64,000 nucleotides of DNA, from assembly GCA_963836205.1 (NCBI GenBank), contig CAWIIV010000006.1, forward strand, positions 544,001 to 608,000, read 5' to 3'. A program made the position numbers and the translations under genes. Of this stretch, positions 14,363-23,963 are shown in pieces. The DNA comes from an uncultured Acidimicrobiia bacterium. GTDB taxonomy: Bacteria > Actinomycetota > Acidimicrobiia > Acidimicrobiales > AC-14. Positions within the stretch are counted from its first letter, which is position 1, and each line of letters begins with the position of its first letter. The notes beneath the pieces were generated by a model. That model did no database searches and was not told the origin of the DNA. It was given only the letters and a program-made list of their open reading frames with translations.

Positions 14363-15041
14363 CTACGGGCGCCCGACTCGACCGGACCGCAGCAGGTGGG
14401 CGGCCGCGACGGTCGCGGTGGCGCTGGCCGCGGTGTGGACGATCGCCGGTGCGCCCAACCCGCCGGTCACCAGCCGCAGCCAGCACAGCCCGGCACCGAC
14501 GACGGCCAGGCCGACGACGACGGTGCCGACGATCGCCGGACGGAGCGGGCCGGCCGTTGGTGGCCAGGGTGGCCCGCACGGGGACCACGTGCCACAGGCC
14601 GAACAGGGCCGACGACGCCACCACGGCCCACCCCCCGGGCACCAGCCGGTCGGCCAGGGCCAGCACCACCCCCCGGAAGGCGACCTCCTCCACCATCACC
14701 GTCCCCAACGGGATGCGGACGGCAGCCCGGTACGCAGTCCCCCACCGCCCGACGCCGGCCATGCGGCGGTCGGCGAAGAGGGAGCGGGTCGGGCCGAGCC
14801 GGCTGGCGAGCAGGACGATCACCACGACCACGCCGCCGACCGCGAACCCGGTACCGATCCCGGTGGCAGACAGTCCAAGCTCGTCCCGGCCGATGCCGGC
14901 CCACCCGGCCAGCCCCACCACGGCCGCGGTCGTGGTCAGGCAGGCGGGGACGTAGAACGCCGCCGGCAGCCGCTCGACGCCCACGTTGTGGACGGACAGG
15001 ACGGCGCCGGCGGCGATCGATGCCACCCAGACGTCGGTCAC
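14363..15041 (-). CDS. CPBP (CAAX/Abi) family intramembrane metalloprotease, apparent +1 frameshift near 14547
   Basis: EEVAFRG, SSALFGLWH and (second frame) GGLGAPAIVH motifs. The GTG start overlaps the acyltransferase stop. Confidence 0.85.
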
Positions 15042-16393
15042 CCGCGGGCGCGGGCGGCCCCGGCACCCACCAGCCACCAGCCGGTGCCCAGCAGGCCGAG
15101 GGCGACCAGAGGCAGGCCGGCCGGCATCCCCGGGGCGGCGAACCCCCGCCGGGCGAGGAGGCCCATGGCGACGGTGATGGCGATGGCCGCGCCGACCGCC
15201 CGCCACCCGGCCACGGCCGAGGAGCGCACCCGGGCCGCCTCCACCCGGGCGAAGAGGGCGACCAGGGGCACCAGCGCCAGCGCCAGCAGGACCACCCATA
15301 CCGGGCGCCACGCCCACCAGGCGCCCGACCCCGCCTCGGGCGAGGGCAGCAGCCCCGCCGGCAGCACCGCCGCGGTGACGATCACCAGGGCGGTCAGGTG
15401 CCAGAGGTAGAGCGTCATCGCCATGCCGTTGGCGGCCACGACCGTGGTCCACACCCGGGGCCGGGCCAGCCAGCGGTCGACCACCGGCCGCAGGGCGAGG
15501 ACGGCGCCGAACTGCCACACGGCCAGGGCCACGATGGCGAACGACGGGGGGAACGTGTTGGTGCGGCCGGCCTCGATGCCGCCGACCATCGAGTCCGGGT
15601 AGCCGAACGACGACGTGAGCGCCACCAGGGTGCCGAGGCCTGCTGCGGCCACCCCCACCAGCCGGGCCCGTGACCATGTCGTCCCGGTCACCGATCCCGC
15701 CCGCCAGCCGACGCCGAGCTGGTGGGCGAAGAGCCACACCAGGCCCAGGTTGAGCCAGCCGACCATGGGCACCGCGAACCCCCAGCGGGCGATGTCGACG
15801 ACCAGGACCGCCGCCCCCAGGGCGACCGTGATCCCCCAGCCCCACCGCTGCTGGGCGGCCACCATGGCCGGGGCCGCGGCCACGACCACCACGTAGACGG
15901 CGAGGAACCACAGGGGCTGGGCGATCGACCCCGCCCGCAGGCCCTTGGGGTCGAGCCCGGCGGCGACCATCACGGCCGCGGCCGCCGTCCACACCACGGC
16001 GAAGGCCAGCACCGGGCGGACCAGGCGCCGGAGCCGGCTGCCGAGCCACGTCCCGTAGGTCACCTGGTTGCGGCGGGCCGCGGCGAGCGACGCCGCGTTC
16101 GAGAACCCGCCCACGATGAAGAAGACGGGCATGACCTGGAAGACCCAGGTCAGCCACCGAGCGGCGGGCGTGACCTCCAGGACGTTGGCGGTGTGGATCT
16201 GCCCGCCGGTCCAGACCACCACTGCCATGAGCCAGTGGCCGAGCATCACCACGACCAGCGACGCCACCCGGAGGAAGTCGACGTAGCGGTCGCGGGTCTT
16301 CGGGGTGGCGGCGGCCAGGTCCTTGGCGGACAGGGACGTCGCCGGGGTTGCTGCCGGGCGGGTGGCCGTCGAGCGGCTGAGGGTCGTGGTCAT
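15038..16393 (-). CDS. Acyltransferase family 3 membrane protein
   Basis: RDRYVDFLRVASLVVVMLGHW, QVMPVFFIVGGF, PLWFLAVY and MTLYLWH motifs. Confidence 0.9.
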   Translation of the reverse strand: MTTTLSRSTATRPAATPATSLSAKDLAAATPKTRDRYVDFLRVASLVVVMLGHWLMAVVVWTGGQIHTANVLEVTPAARWLTWVFQVMPVFFIVGGFSNAASLAAARRNQVTYGTWLGSRLRRLVRPVLAFAVVWTAAAAVMVAAGLDPKGLRAGSIAQPLWFLAVYVVVVAAAPAMVAAQQRWGWGITVALGAAVLVVDIARWGFAVPMVGWLNLGLVWLFAHQLGVGWRAGSVTGTTWSRARLVGVAAAGLGTLVALTSSFGYPDSMVGGIEAGRTNTFPPSFAIVALAVWQFGAVLALRPVVDRWLARPRVWTTVVAANGMAMTLYLWHLTALVIVTAAVLPAGLLPSPEAGSGAWWAWRPVWVVLLALALVPLVALFARVEAARVRSSAVAGWRAVGAAIAITVAMGLLARRGFAAPGMPAGLPLVALGLLGTGWWLVGAGAARARG

Positions 16394-16419
16394 GCCCTCA
16401 TGGTCGGCCCCCGGTCGCC

Positions 16420-16478
16420 CCGGCCCCAGCCGGGTTGGCCCCCAGGGTCCCTGGGGTCGGGCCCCAGGCTTTGGGGGC
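16420..16478. promoter_or_regulatory. Repeated ggcccc(c)ag motifs and a 17-bp palindrome in a divergent promoter region
   Basis: ccccaggg-t-ccctgggg at 16440-16456, and ggcccc(c)ag near 16422, 16437 and 16460. Confidence 0.45.
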
Positions 16479-16522
16479 GCCGCCGCGTGGCCGGGACGGC
16501 CACCGAGGCCGACAGTCGAACC

Positions 16523-18073
16523 ATGACCTCCCACCTGAACCTGGCCACCGTGCTGGCGGACTCCGCCGCCCTCCACCCTTCCCGCCCCGCCCTCGTGCTC
16601 GGCGACACCACCGTCGACTACGCCACGCTCGACACCTTCGCCCGCATGTTCGCCTCCGCCCTCGCCGACCTCGGCGTCCGCCCCGGCGAGCACGTCGCCC
16701 TCCTCCTTCCCAACGTCCCCCAGTTCACCGTCGCCTACTTCGGCGCCCACTACGCGGGAACGCCGGTCGTCCCCCTCAACGTCCTCCTCACCGCCGACGA
16801 GCTCGCCTACCACCTGGCCGACTCCGAGGCGACGGTTGTCGTGGCCTGGGACTCGTTCCTCGGCCCCCTGCAGGAGGCCGTCGCCCGGGTGGGCACCGTC
16901 CGCCACGTGATCGTGGCCCGGGCCGACCGGACCGACCTGTCCGCCCCCGACGGCTGCCACAACCTGGTCGCGCTCATGGCCCGGGCCACGCCCGTCGCCG
17001 CCCCCCACCCCACCGCCGCCGACGACACCGCCGTCGTCCTCTACACGTCGGGCACCACCGGCAAGCCCAAGGGGGCGGAGCTCACCCACGCCAACCTCCT
17101 GTCCAACGCCAAGGCCGCCGCCGGCCTGGTCGATCTCGACGAGAGCACCGTCGCCCTCGTCGCCCTCCCCCTGTTCCACGCCTTCGGGATGACGGTCATG
17201 CACAACGCGGTGCTGTCCGTCGGCGGCTCGCTCGTGCTCGTCCCCCGCTTCCACGCCCCGTCGGTGATCCAGCTCCTGCACCACCACCGGGTGACGTTCC
17301 TCGGCGGCGTCCCCACCATGTTCATGGCCCTGCTCGACGTCGACTCGTCCGCCGCCGACCTGTCGGCCCTGCGCTGGTGCGTGTCGGGCGGGGCGCCCAT
17401 GCCGGCGCCGGTGATGGCCGAGTTCGAGACCCGGTTCGGCGTGACCCTGCTCGAGGGCTACGGGCTGTCGGAGACGTCGCCCGCGGTCAGCTTCACCGTC
17501 CCCGACCGGCCCCGCACACCGGGATCCATCGGCTACCCGCTGCCCGGCGTCGACGTCCGCCTGGTCGACGATGGCGGCCTGGTCGTGACCACCCCGGACA
17601 CGCCGGGCGAGATCCAGGTGCGCGGTCCCAACGTCATGAAGGGCTACTGGCGCAACCCGGCGGCGACGGCCGAGGCGATCGTCGACGGCTGGTTCCGCAC
17701 CGGCGACATCGGGATGACCGACGCCGACGGCGCCCTGCGCATCGTCGACCGCAAGAAGGACCTCATCATCCGGGCCGGCTACAACGTCTACCCCCGGGAG
17801 GTCGAGGGCGTGCTCCACCTGCACCCGGCGGTCGCCCAGGCCGCGGTCGTGGGCGTGCCCGACGCCCGCCGGGGCGAGGAGGTCAAGGCGGTGATCACCC
17901 TCAAGCCGGGGACCACGGCCACGCCCACCGAGATCGTGGCCTTCTGCCGCACCCACCTGGCGTCGTACAAGTACCCCCGGCTGGTGGAGGTGCGGGACTC
18001 GCTGCCGCTCGGCCCCACCGGCAAGGTGCTCAAGTCGAGCGCTGCGGGCGTCGCCTGGCGCTCGTCGGCCTAG
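16523..18073 (+). CDS. fadD: Long-chain fatty-acid--CoA ligase
   Basis: LYTSGTTGKPKG, EGYGLSETSP, WFRTGDIG and LPLGPTGKVLK motifs. The last codons may be affected by an extra base near 18035. Confidence 0.9.
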   Translation: MTSHLNLATVLADSAALHPSRPALVLGDTTVDYATLDTFARMFASALADLGVRPGEHVALLLPNVPQFTVAYFGAHYAGTPVVPLNVLLTADELAYHLADSEATVVVAWDSFLGPLQEAVARVGTVRHVIVARADRTDLSAPDGCHNLVALMARATPVAAPHPTAADDTAVVLYTSGTTGKPKGAELTHANLLSNAKAAAGLVDLDESTVALVALPLFHAFGMTVMHNAVLSVGGSLVLVPRFHAPSVIQLLHHHRVTFLGGVPTMFMALLDVDSSAADLSALRWCVSGGAPMPAPVMAEFETRFGVTLLEGYGLSETSPAVSFTVPDRPRTPGSIGYPLPGVDVRLVDDGGLVVTTPDTPGEIQVRGPNVMKGYWRNPAATAEAIVDGWFRTGDIGMTDADGALRIVDRKKDLIIRAGYNVYPREVEGVLHLHPAVAQAAVVGVPDARRGEEVKAVITLKPGTTATPTEIVAFCRTHLASYKYPRLVEVRDSLPLGPTGKVLKSSAAGVAWRSSA

Positions 18074-19105
18074 CGGCTGCGGCCGTAGCGTTCGGCCCGG
18101 TTGCGGTGGCGGGCCAGGCCGGCGTCGACCAGCTCGTCGATGAGCTGGCGGTAGGGGACGCCCGTGGCCGCCCACATCTTGGGGTACATGGAGATCGGCG
18201 TGAAGCCGGGGATGGTGTTCACCTCGTTGAGCAGCAGCCCCCGGCCGTCCTCCTCGTAGAAGAAGTCGACCCGGGCCATGCCGTCGACCCGGAGGGCGGT
18301 GGCGGCGGCCACCGCCAGGCGGCGGACCTCGTCGGCCACCTCGGGCGGGAGGGGTGCCGGCACCAGCAGCTCGGCGGCCCCGTCGGCGTACTTGTCGTCG
18401 TAGTCGTAGAAGTCGTGGCTGGGACGGATCTCGCCCGGCACCGACGCCCGCAGCCGCCCGTAGCCGAGGACCCCGCACTCGATCTCCCGGGCGACGACGG
18501 CCTCCTCCACGACCACCCACTCGTCGTAGTCGAGGGCCAGCTTCACCGCGGTGGCCAGCTCGCCCATGTCGGTGGCCCGGGTCACGCCCACCGACGAACC
18601 CAGGTTGGCCGGCTTCACGAACACCGGCAGGCCGAGGTGGGCGGCGGCCCGGCCCATGGCGTCGGAGAACCCGTCCTCCAGGTCGACGTCGCGAAAGGCC
18701 AGGTGGCGGACCTGGGGCAGGCCGTGGGCGGCAGCCGCGTCCTTGGCCATGGCCTTGTCCATGCACAGGGCCGAGCCGAGGACCCCGGTGCCGACGTAGG
18801 GGACGCCCAGCATCTCCAGCAGGCCCTGGGCGGTGCCGTCCTCACCGAAGGGGCCGTGGAGGACGGGGAAGGCGACGGCCCCGGCGGGCAGGACCTCGCC
18901 CGGCTCGACCGTCGGGCCCCTCGGCGGCCAGGCGGTCGGCGGCGGCCTCCGCCCGCACCCACCGGCCATCGTGGGTGATCCCCACGGGGACGACGTCGTA
19001 GCGGTCGGGGTCGGCTGCGGCCAGGACGTGGGCCGCGGTCACGCACGACACGTCGTGTTCAGCCGACCGGCCGCCGAAGAGCAGGACGAGTCGAGTGGGG
19101 GCCAC
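18070..19105 (-). CDS. ddl: D-alanine--D-alanine ligase, apparent +1 frameshift near 18914-18916
   Basis: LFGGRSAEHDVS in ORF 18842..19576 joins FPVLHGPFGEDG, KPANLGSSVG, FYDYDDKY and NEVNTIPGFT in ORF 18070..18969. Confidence 0.92.
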
Positions 19106-19127
19106 AGAGGTGCGAGTGTAGGAACCG

Positions 19128-20435
19128 ATGGAGCTCCAGGCGTCAGAGGTGGCCCGGGCCACGGGCGGGACCCTCGTCGGGCCCGACGTGGTCGTGCGGG
19201 GCGTGGCCATCGACTCCCGGCTGGTGGCGGGGGGCGAGCTGTTCGTCCCCGTCGTAGGCGTCCGGGACGGGCACGACTTCATCGCCACCGCCCTGGCCGC
19301 AGGGGCGGCGGCCTCCCTCACGTCCCGAGCCCCCCTGGAAGGCACCACCGCGGTCGTGGTCGACGACACCGGCGCCGCCCTCACCGCCCTCGGGCGGGCC
19401 GCCCGCGACCGCCTTCCCGACCGGGTGGTGGGGATCACCGGATCGGTGGGCAAGACGTCGACCAAGGACCTGCTGGCGTCGGTGTTCGCCCGCCGGCTGG
19501 TCACCGCGGCCAGCCCGAAGTCGTTCAACAACGAGCTGGGCGTGCCCCTGACCCTGGTCAACGCCCCCGCCGACACCGAGGTGGTCGTGGTCGAGATGGG
19601 CGCCCGGGGGCGGGGTCACATCGCCTCGCTGTGCGACGTTGCCCGGCCCACGGTGGGCGTCGTCACGACCGTGGGGATGGCCCACACCGAGCTGTTCGGG
19701 ACGGTCGAGGACGTGGCCGCGGCCAAGGCCGAGCTGGTGGAGAGCCTGCCCGAGGGGGGCACGGCCGTCCTCAACGCCGGCGTCCCCCTGGTGGCGGCCA
19801 TGGCCGCCCGCACCCGGGCGACGGTCCTCACCTTCGGGATGGGGTGCGGCGACGTGCGGGGCGACGTGCTGGGCGTCGACGGGTCGTTGCGGCCCTGCCT
19901 CGACCTCCAGACGCCGTGGGGCTCGACCGCCTTCTGGCTCCCGGTGCGGGGCGAGCACCAGGCCGCCAACGCAGTGGCGGCGGCCGCGGCCGCCCTGGCC
20001 TGCGGCGTCACCCTCACCCAGGTGGTGCAAGGGCTGCGGAACGCGACGCTCTCGGCGTGGCGGATGCAGCTCGACCTGGCCCCGTCGGGGGCGCTGGTGC
20101 TGAACGACGCCTACAACGCCAACCCGGTGTCGACGGAGGCCGCCCTGCGCTCGCTGGCCCAACTGCCGGTCGATCGGCGGACGGCCGTGCTCGGGATCAT
20201 GGCCGAGCTGGGCGACGCCGGCCCCGACGAGCACCGGCGCCTGGGCGCGCTGGCCGCCGAGCTGGGCCTGCGGGTGATCGCGGTGGCGGCCCCCGACTAC
20301 GGCGGCGAGCAGGCAGCCGACCCCGACGACGCCCTCCGCCTGCTGGGGCCGGTCGGCGCCGGTGACGGGGTGCTGGTCAAGGGCAGCCGGGCGGCCGGGC
20401 TGGAAGGGCTCGCCGGTAGGCTGGCCACCACGTGA
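19128..20435 (+). CDS. murF: UDP-N-acetylmuramoyl-tripeptide--D-alanyl-D-alanine ligase
   Basis: ITGSVGKTSTKD, SFNNELGVPLT, NDAYNANP, MAELG and LVKGSR motifs. Confidence 0.95.
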   Translation: MELQASEVARATGGTLVGPDVVVRGVAIDSRLVAGGELFVPVVGVRDGHDFIATALAAGAAASLTSRAPLEGTTAVVVDDTGAALTALGRAARDRLPDRVVGITGSVGKTSTKDLLASVFARRLVTAASPKSFNNELGVPLTLVNAPADTEVVVVEMGARGRGHIASLCDVARPTVGVVTTVGMAHTELFGTVEDVAAAKAELVESLPEGGTAVLNAGVPLVAAMAARTRATVLTFGMGCGDVRGDVLGVDGSLRPCLDLQTPWGSTAFWLPVRGEHQAANAVAAAAAALACGVTLTQVVQGLRNATLSAWRMQLDLAPSGALVLNDAYNANPVSTEAALRSLAQLPVDRRTAVLGIMAELGDAGPDEHRRLGALAAELGLRVIAVAAPDYGGEQAADPDDALRLLGPVGAGDGVLVKGSRAAGLEGLAGRLATT

Positions 20436-20995
20436 GCAGCATCTACACGCGCACCGGCGACGACGGCACCACCGGCCTCCTCTACGGCGGACGGGTGCCC
20501 AAGGACCACCCCGCCCCCGCCGCCTGCGGCGACGTCGACGAGGCCCAGGCCGCCATCGGCATGGCCCGGGCGCTGGCCGGCGGGGCGGCGGGCGGCGACG
20601 GCGAGCTCGGAGGCCTCCTCGTCCGCCTCGAACGCGACCTGTGGGTGCTCATGGCCGAGCTGGCCACCGCCGCCGAGAACCGGTCCAAGCTCGCGGCCGG
20701 GCGGACCCTCGTCACCCCCGAGATGGTGTCCGCTCTCGAACCGCTCATCGACGACGTCACCGGCCGATTCCCCGCTCCCCGGGAGTTCGTGCTGCCCGGC
20801 CAGACGCCGCTGTCGGCCGCCCTCGACCTGGCCCGGGCCGTCGTGCGCCGGGCCGAGCGCACCGCCCTGGCCGCGGCAGCCGACGGTTCGCAGGTCGTCC
20901 CCTACCTCAACCGGCTGTCCGACCTGCTGTGGGCCCTCGCCCGCTGGCAGGAGGGCGAGCCGCTCCCCGCTCGCACCTTGAGAACGAAGGACTGA
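20432..20995 (+). CDS. pduO: Cob(I)yrinic acid a,c-diamide adenosyltransferase (PduO type)
   Basis: IYTRTGDDGTTGL, RRAER and YLNRLSDLLW motifs. Confidence 0.92.
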   Translation: MSSIYTRTGDDGTTGLLYGGRVPKDHPAPAACGDVDEAQAAIGMARALAGGAAGGDGELGGLLVRLERDLWVLMAELATAAENRSKLAAGRTLVTPEMVSALEPLIDDVTGRFPAPREFVLPGQTPLSAALDLARAVVRRAERTALAAAADGSQVVPYLNRLSDLLWALARWQEGEPLPARTLRTKD

Positions 20996-21003
20996 CTGCC
21001 ACC

Positions 21004-22470
21004 ATGGCCATCGCCGTTGCCCTCGCCGACGCCGTACCCGACGACGCCCAAGTGGTGGGGGTCCCGGTGTTCGCCGGCCGCACGTCTCCCGAGGACGCCG
21101 GCCCCGAGGTCGACCGGGAGTACCTGGCCGAGCGGGGGTTCGAGGGCAAGGTGGGCGAGACCAGCACCGTCCCCGGCACGAACGGCGGCGTCACCCTGGT
21201 GGCCGTCGGCGTGGGTGACCCGGCCAAGATCACGGCGGAGACGCTGCGGCGGTCGGCCGCGGCCCTGGTGAAGGCCACCTGGCGGGACGCCCGGGTGGCC
21301 ACCACGCTCCTCGCCGCTGCCCCCGCCGGCCTCGATCCCGCCCTCGCCGCCCAGGCCGTCGCCGAGGGGGCGCTGCTGGCGTCGTACCGGTTCACCACCT
21401 ACAAGTCCGACCCCAAGGGGTGCCGCATCGAGTCCCTGGCCGTGGTGGGGACAGGCACCGAGGCCGACCAGGGCATCCAGCGCGGGGTCCGGATCGCCCG
21501 GGCGGTAGCACTGGCCCGTGACGTGGTCAACGAGCCCGCCGGCACCATGACCCCCCGGAGGCTGGCCGAGATCGCGACCCAGGTGGCGGAGGCCGAGGGC
21601 CTGGAGGTCGACATCCTCGACGAGATCGCCATCGTCAACGAGGGCCTGGGCGGGCTGGCCGGCGTGGCCCAGGGCTCGGACGAACCCGCCCGCCTCATCC
21701 GCCTCACCTACGACCCGCCAGGGGCGACGGCCACCCTCGCCCTGGTGGGCAAGGGCATCACCTTCGACTCCGGGGGCCTGTCGATCAAGACGGCCGAGGG
21801 CATGGAGACGATGAAGACCGACAAGTCGGGGGCGGCGGCGGTGCTGGGGGCGATGTCGGCCATCCCCGGCCTGGCCCTGCTCGGCGGTCCGGTGGTGAGG
21901 GTCGTGGCGATCATTCCCACCACCGAGAACATGCCCGGGGGTTCGGCCATCAAGCCGGGCGACGTCCTCAAGATCCGCAACGGCAAGACGGTCGAGGTGC
22001 TCAACACCGACGCCGAGGGGCGGCTGGTGCTGGCCGACGGCCTGTCGCTGGCCGTGGAAGCGGGCGTCGACGCCATCCTCGACCTGGCCACCCTCACCGG
22101 GGCGTGCGTGGTGGCCCTCGGCCGGCGGATCGCGGGGCTCATGGGGAACCACGAGGGGTGGACGGGGCAGGTGCGGGAGGCGTCGGAGCGGGCGGGCGAG
22201 TCGGTGTGGCCCCTGCCCCTGCCCGAGGAGTACCGCAAGCTGATCGACTCCGACGTGGCCGACATCAGGAACATCGGCGGGGGGCGCTACGCGGGGGCGC
22301 TCACGGCCGGCCTGTTCCTCAAGGAGTTCGTGGGCGACGTGCCGTGGGCCCACCTCGACATCGCCGGCCCGGCCCGCAGCGACGACGACGAGGGCTACCT
22401 GTGCAAGGGGGGCACCGGGTTCGGCGTGCGCACGATCCTGGAGGCGGTCGCCGGGTTCACGACGCCGTAG
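21004..22470 (+). CDS. pepA: Leucyl aminopeptidase (M17)
   Basis: VGKGITFDSGG, NTDAEGRLVLAD and WAHLDIAG motifs. Confidence 0.95.
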   Translation: MAIAVALADAVPDDAQVVGVPVFAGRTSPEDAGPEVDREYLAERGFEGKVGETSTVPGTNGGVTLVAVGVGDPAKITAETLRRSAAALVKATWRDARVATTLLAAAPAGLDPALAAQAVAEGALLASYRFTTYKSDPKGCRIESLAVVGTGTEADQGIQRGVRIARAVALARDVVNEPAGTMTPRRLAEIATQVAEAEGLEVDILDEIAIVNEGLGGLAGVAQGSDEPARLIRLTYDPPGATATLALVGKGITFDSGGLSIKTAEGMETMKTDKSGAAAVLGAMSAIPGLALLGGPVVRVVAIIPTTENMPGGSAIKPGDVLKIRNGKTVEVLNTDAEGRLVLADGLSLAVEAGVDAILDLATLTGACVVALGRRIAGLMGNHEGWTGQVREASERAGESVWPLPLPEEYRKLIDSDVADIRNIGGGRYAGALTAGLFLKEFVGDVPWAHLDIAGPARSDDDEGYLCKGGTGFGVRTILEAVAGFTTP

Positions 22471-22472
22471 AC

Positions 22473-22525
22473 GTTCTTCCGAGGCGGCTCGGCCACGGGG
22501 GGATGACCGAGCCGCCTCGAAGAGC
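22473..22525. terminator. GC-rich hairpin (bidirectional terminator or REP-like) between convergent genes
   Basis: cgaggcggctcgg (22480-22492) pairs perfectly with ccgagccgcctcg (22507-22519), and the stem extends imperfectly outward. Confidence 0.65.
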
Positions 22526-22624
22526 TTGGGCCGCCTCGAAGAGCTTGGGCCGCCTCGAAGAGCTTCGGCCGCCTCGAAGAGCTTGGGCCGCCTCGAAGAG
22601 CTTGGGCCGCCTCGAAGAGCTTGC
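22511..22624. repeat. 19-bp tandem repeat, 6 copies
   Basis: gccgcctcgaagagcttgg starts at 22511, 22530, 22549, 22568, 22587 and 22606, with no spacers. Confidence 0.95.
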
Positions 22625-22625
22625 G

Positions 22626-23732
22626 TCAGCCGGCGACGCCCAGTTCGAGAACCTGGGCCCCGACGGTGAGGCCGCGCACGGCGGCGATGAAGGCCGCCCG
22701 CTCGGAGACGCGGGGCGAAGCGATGCGCAACCCGCCGGGGTGGATGCCCTGGGCCGGGCCCAGCACGAGCACGTCGACGCCGTGACTGGCGAAGCCGGTG
22801 GCCAGCTCCTCGGCCCGGTCGGTGATCAGGCAGCGGAACGGCGTGCCGGCGTTGCCGTCGACGACGGCCCCGAGGGGGGCGAGGGCGTGGGCCATCCAGG
22901 CCCCGTCCTCCGTCACCTGGCGGCGGACGGCCTCGGCCCACACCCGGCTGGCGAGGGCGGCCTCGGTGGCCACCACGTCGAGGCCGGAGATGGGCGAGGA
23001 GAAGCGGGGGTCGAAGAGGACCCTGAGCATGTAGCGGTCGCGGCTCCAGGCCACACCCGCCCGGGTGGAGCCCATCCCCGAGAACTCGGCCACCGAGCGC
23101 AGCACGATCACGTTGTCGGCGTCGGTGCCGATGAGGGACGAGAACTGCGAACGGCCGGGCTCGGTGAGGAACTCGACGTCGGTCTCGTCGACGACGAGGG
23201 TCGACGACGGGTGCCGGGTGGCGATCTGGGCCAGCATTACGGGGTCGAGGACGACGCCGGTGAGGGCGTTGGGGTTGGAGATGACCACCAGGTCGGCGCT
23301 GTCCATGGCCTCGTCGAGCTGGGCCAGGCCGGAAAGGTGTTCGGCGCCCTGTCCGTTGCCGGGGAAGCCGGCGCCGGGGAAGATCGAGAGCACCTCGTCC
23401 GAGGCCGGCAGGAGGACGGAGACCGAGCCCCGGGGAGCGCGGGCGGCGATGGCCCGGAGGGCCTCCGACGGACCCCTTCCGGCAACCAGCTCGGCGGGGT
23501 CGACGCCGAGCACCTCGGCGTAGCGATCGGCCAGCCGGGAGGCGGCGGCGTCGGGCTGGATCTGGAGGTCGCGGGGCGAGAGGGTGCGCAGAGCCCGCAG
23601 CACGGCCTCGGGCGGGCCGTAGCGGTTGACGTGGCCGGCGAGGTCGAGGCGGCTGCCGGCCGCGTGTCGGATGCGGCGCTCGGCCAACGTGGTGGTCGAA
23701 CGGTGCGATCTGTCGAACGATTGGCTCGCCAT
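22626..23732 (-). CDS. Aminotransferase class I/II-fold (HisC/CobD-like) protein with a degenerate PLP site
   Basis: LDLAGHVNRYGPP, ISNPNALTG, LVVDETDVEF and LRSVAEFSGMGSTRAG (canonical form LRSxSKxxGLxGxRxG). Confidence 0.8.
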   Translation of the reverse strand: MASQSFDRSHRSTTTLAERRIRHAAGSRLDLAGHVNRYGPPEAVLRALRTLSPRDLQIQPDAAASRLADRYAEVLGVDPAELVAGRGPSEALRAIAARAPRGSVSVLLPASDEVLSIFPGAGFPGNGQGAEHLSGLAQLDEAMDSADLVVISNPNALTGVVLDPVMLAQIATRHPSSTLVVDETDVEFLTEPGRSQFSSLIGTDADNVIVLRSVAEFSGMGSTRAGVAWSRDRYMLRVLFDPRFSSPISGLDVVATEAALASRVWAEAVRRQVTEDGAWMAHALAPLGAVVDGNAGTPFRCLITDRAEELATGFASHGVDVLVLGPAQGIHPGGLRIASPRVSERAAFIAAVRGLTVGAQVLELGVAG

Positions 23733-23766
23733 CGGGCTCTCTCTTCCCCCGGTTCTGTTGGTACCT

Positions 23767-23794
23767 ATTTCGACAGAAAGCAGACGAATCTGTA
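23767..23794 (-). promoter_or_regulatory. Putative sigma28-like promoter TACAG-N15-GTCGAAAT
   Basis: Minus strand reads tacag-attcgtctgctttct-gtcgaaat upstream of ATG 23732. Same spacing as the motif at 14324-14349. Confidence 0.35.
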
Positions 23795-23870
23795 ACGGGT
23801 GCAGGCCGGTTTGTTGGGAGGGGGTGCCACCACCCCCGACCGGTGGCGAGCGGTCGGTCTGCAACCCGTT
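23794..23870. other. Intergenic multi-stem structured element (candidate sRNA or complex terminator)
   Basis: Outer stem aacggg-tgcag / ctgca-a-cccgtt. Inner hairpins gggggtg/caccccc and ccgaccg/cggtcgg. Confidence 0.45.
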
Positions 23871-23963
23871 CCCGCGGAGCCGTCCCGCGGTGCGCGACGG
23901 TCGAACGGGACGCGCTGGCGGCCGGGGTCGTGGGGCCCGGCCGCCAGCGCTTCGGGGAGGACT

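Noticed and set aside
11628-18766. Very long alternative-frame ORFs (1509 aa and 1242 aa)
   Set aside because: Stop-poor shadow frames typical of high-GC DNA. Only the CPBP and acyltransferase portions are real.
22511-22624. Possible CRISPR array
   Set aside because: Units are contiguous with no spacers, only 19 bp long, and no cas genes are present.
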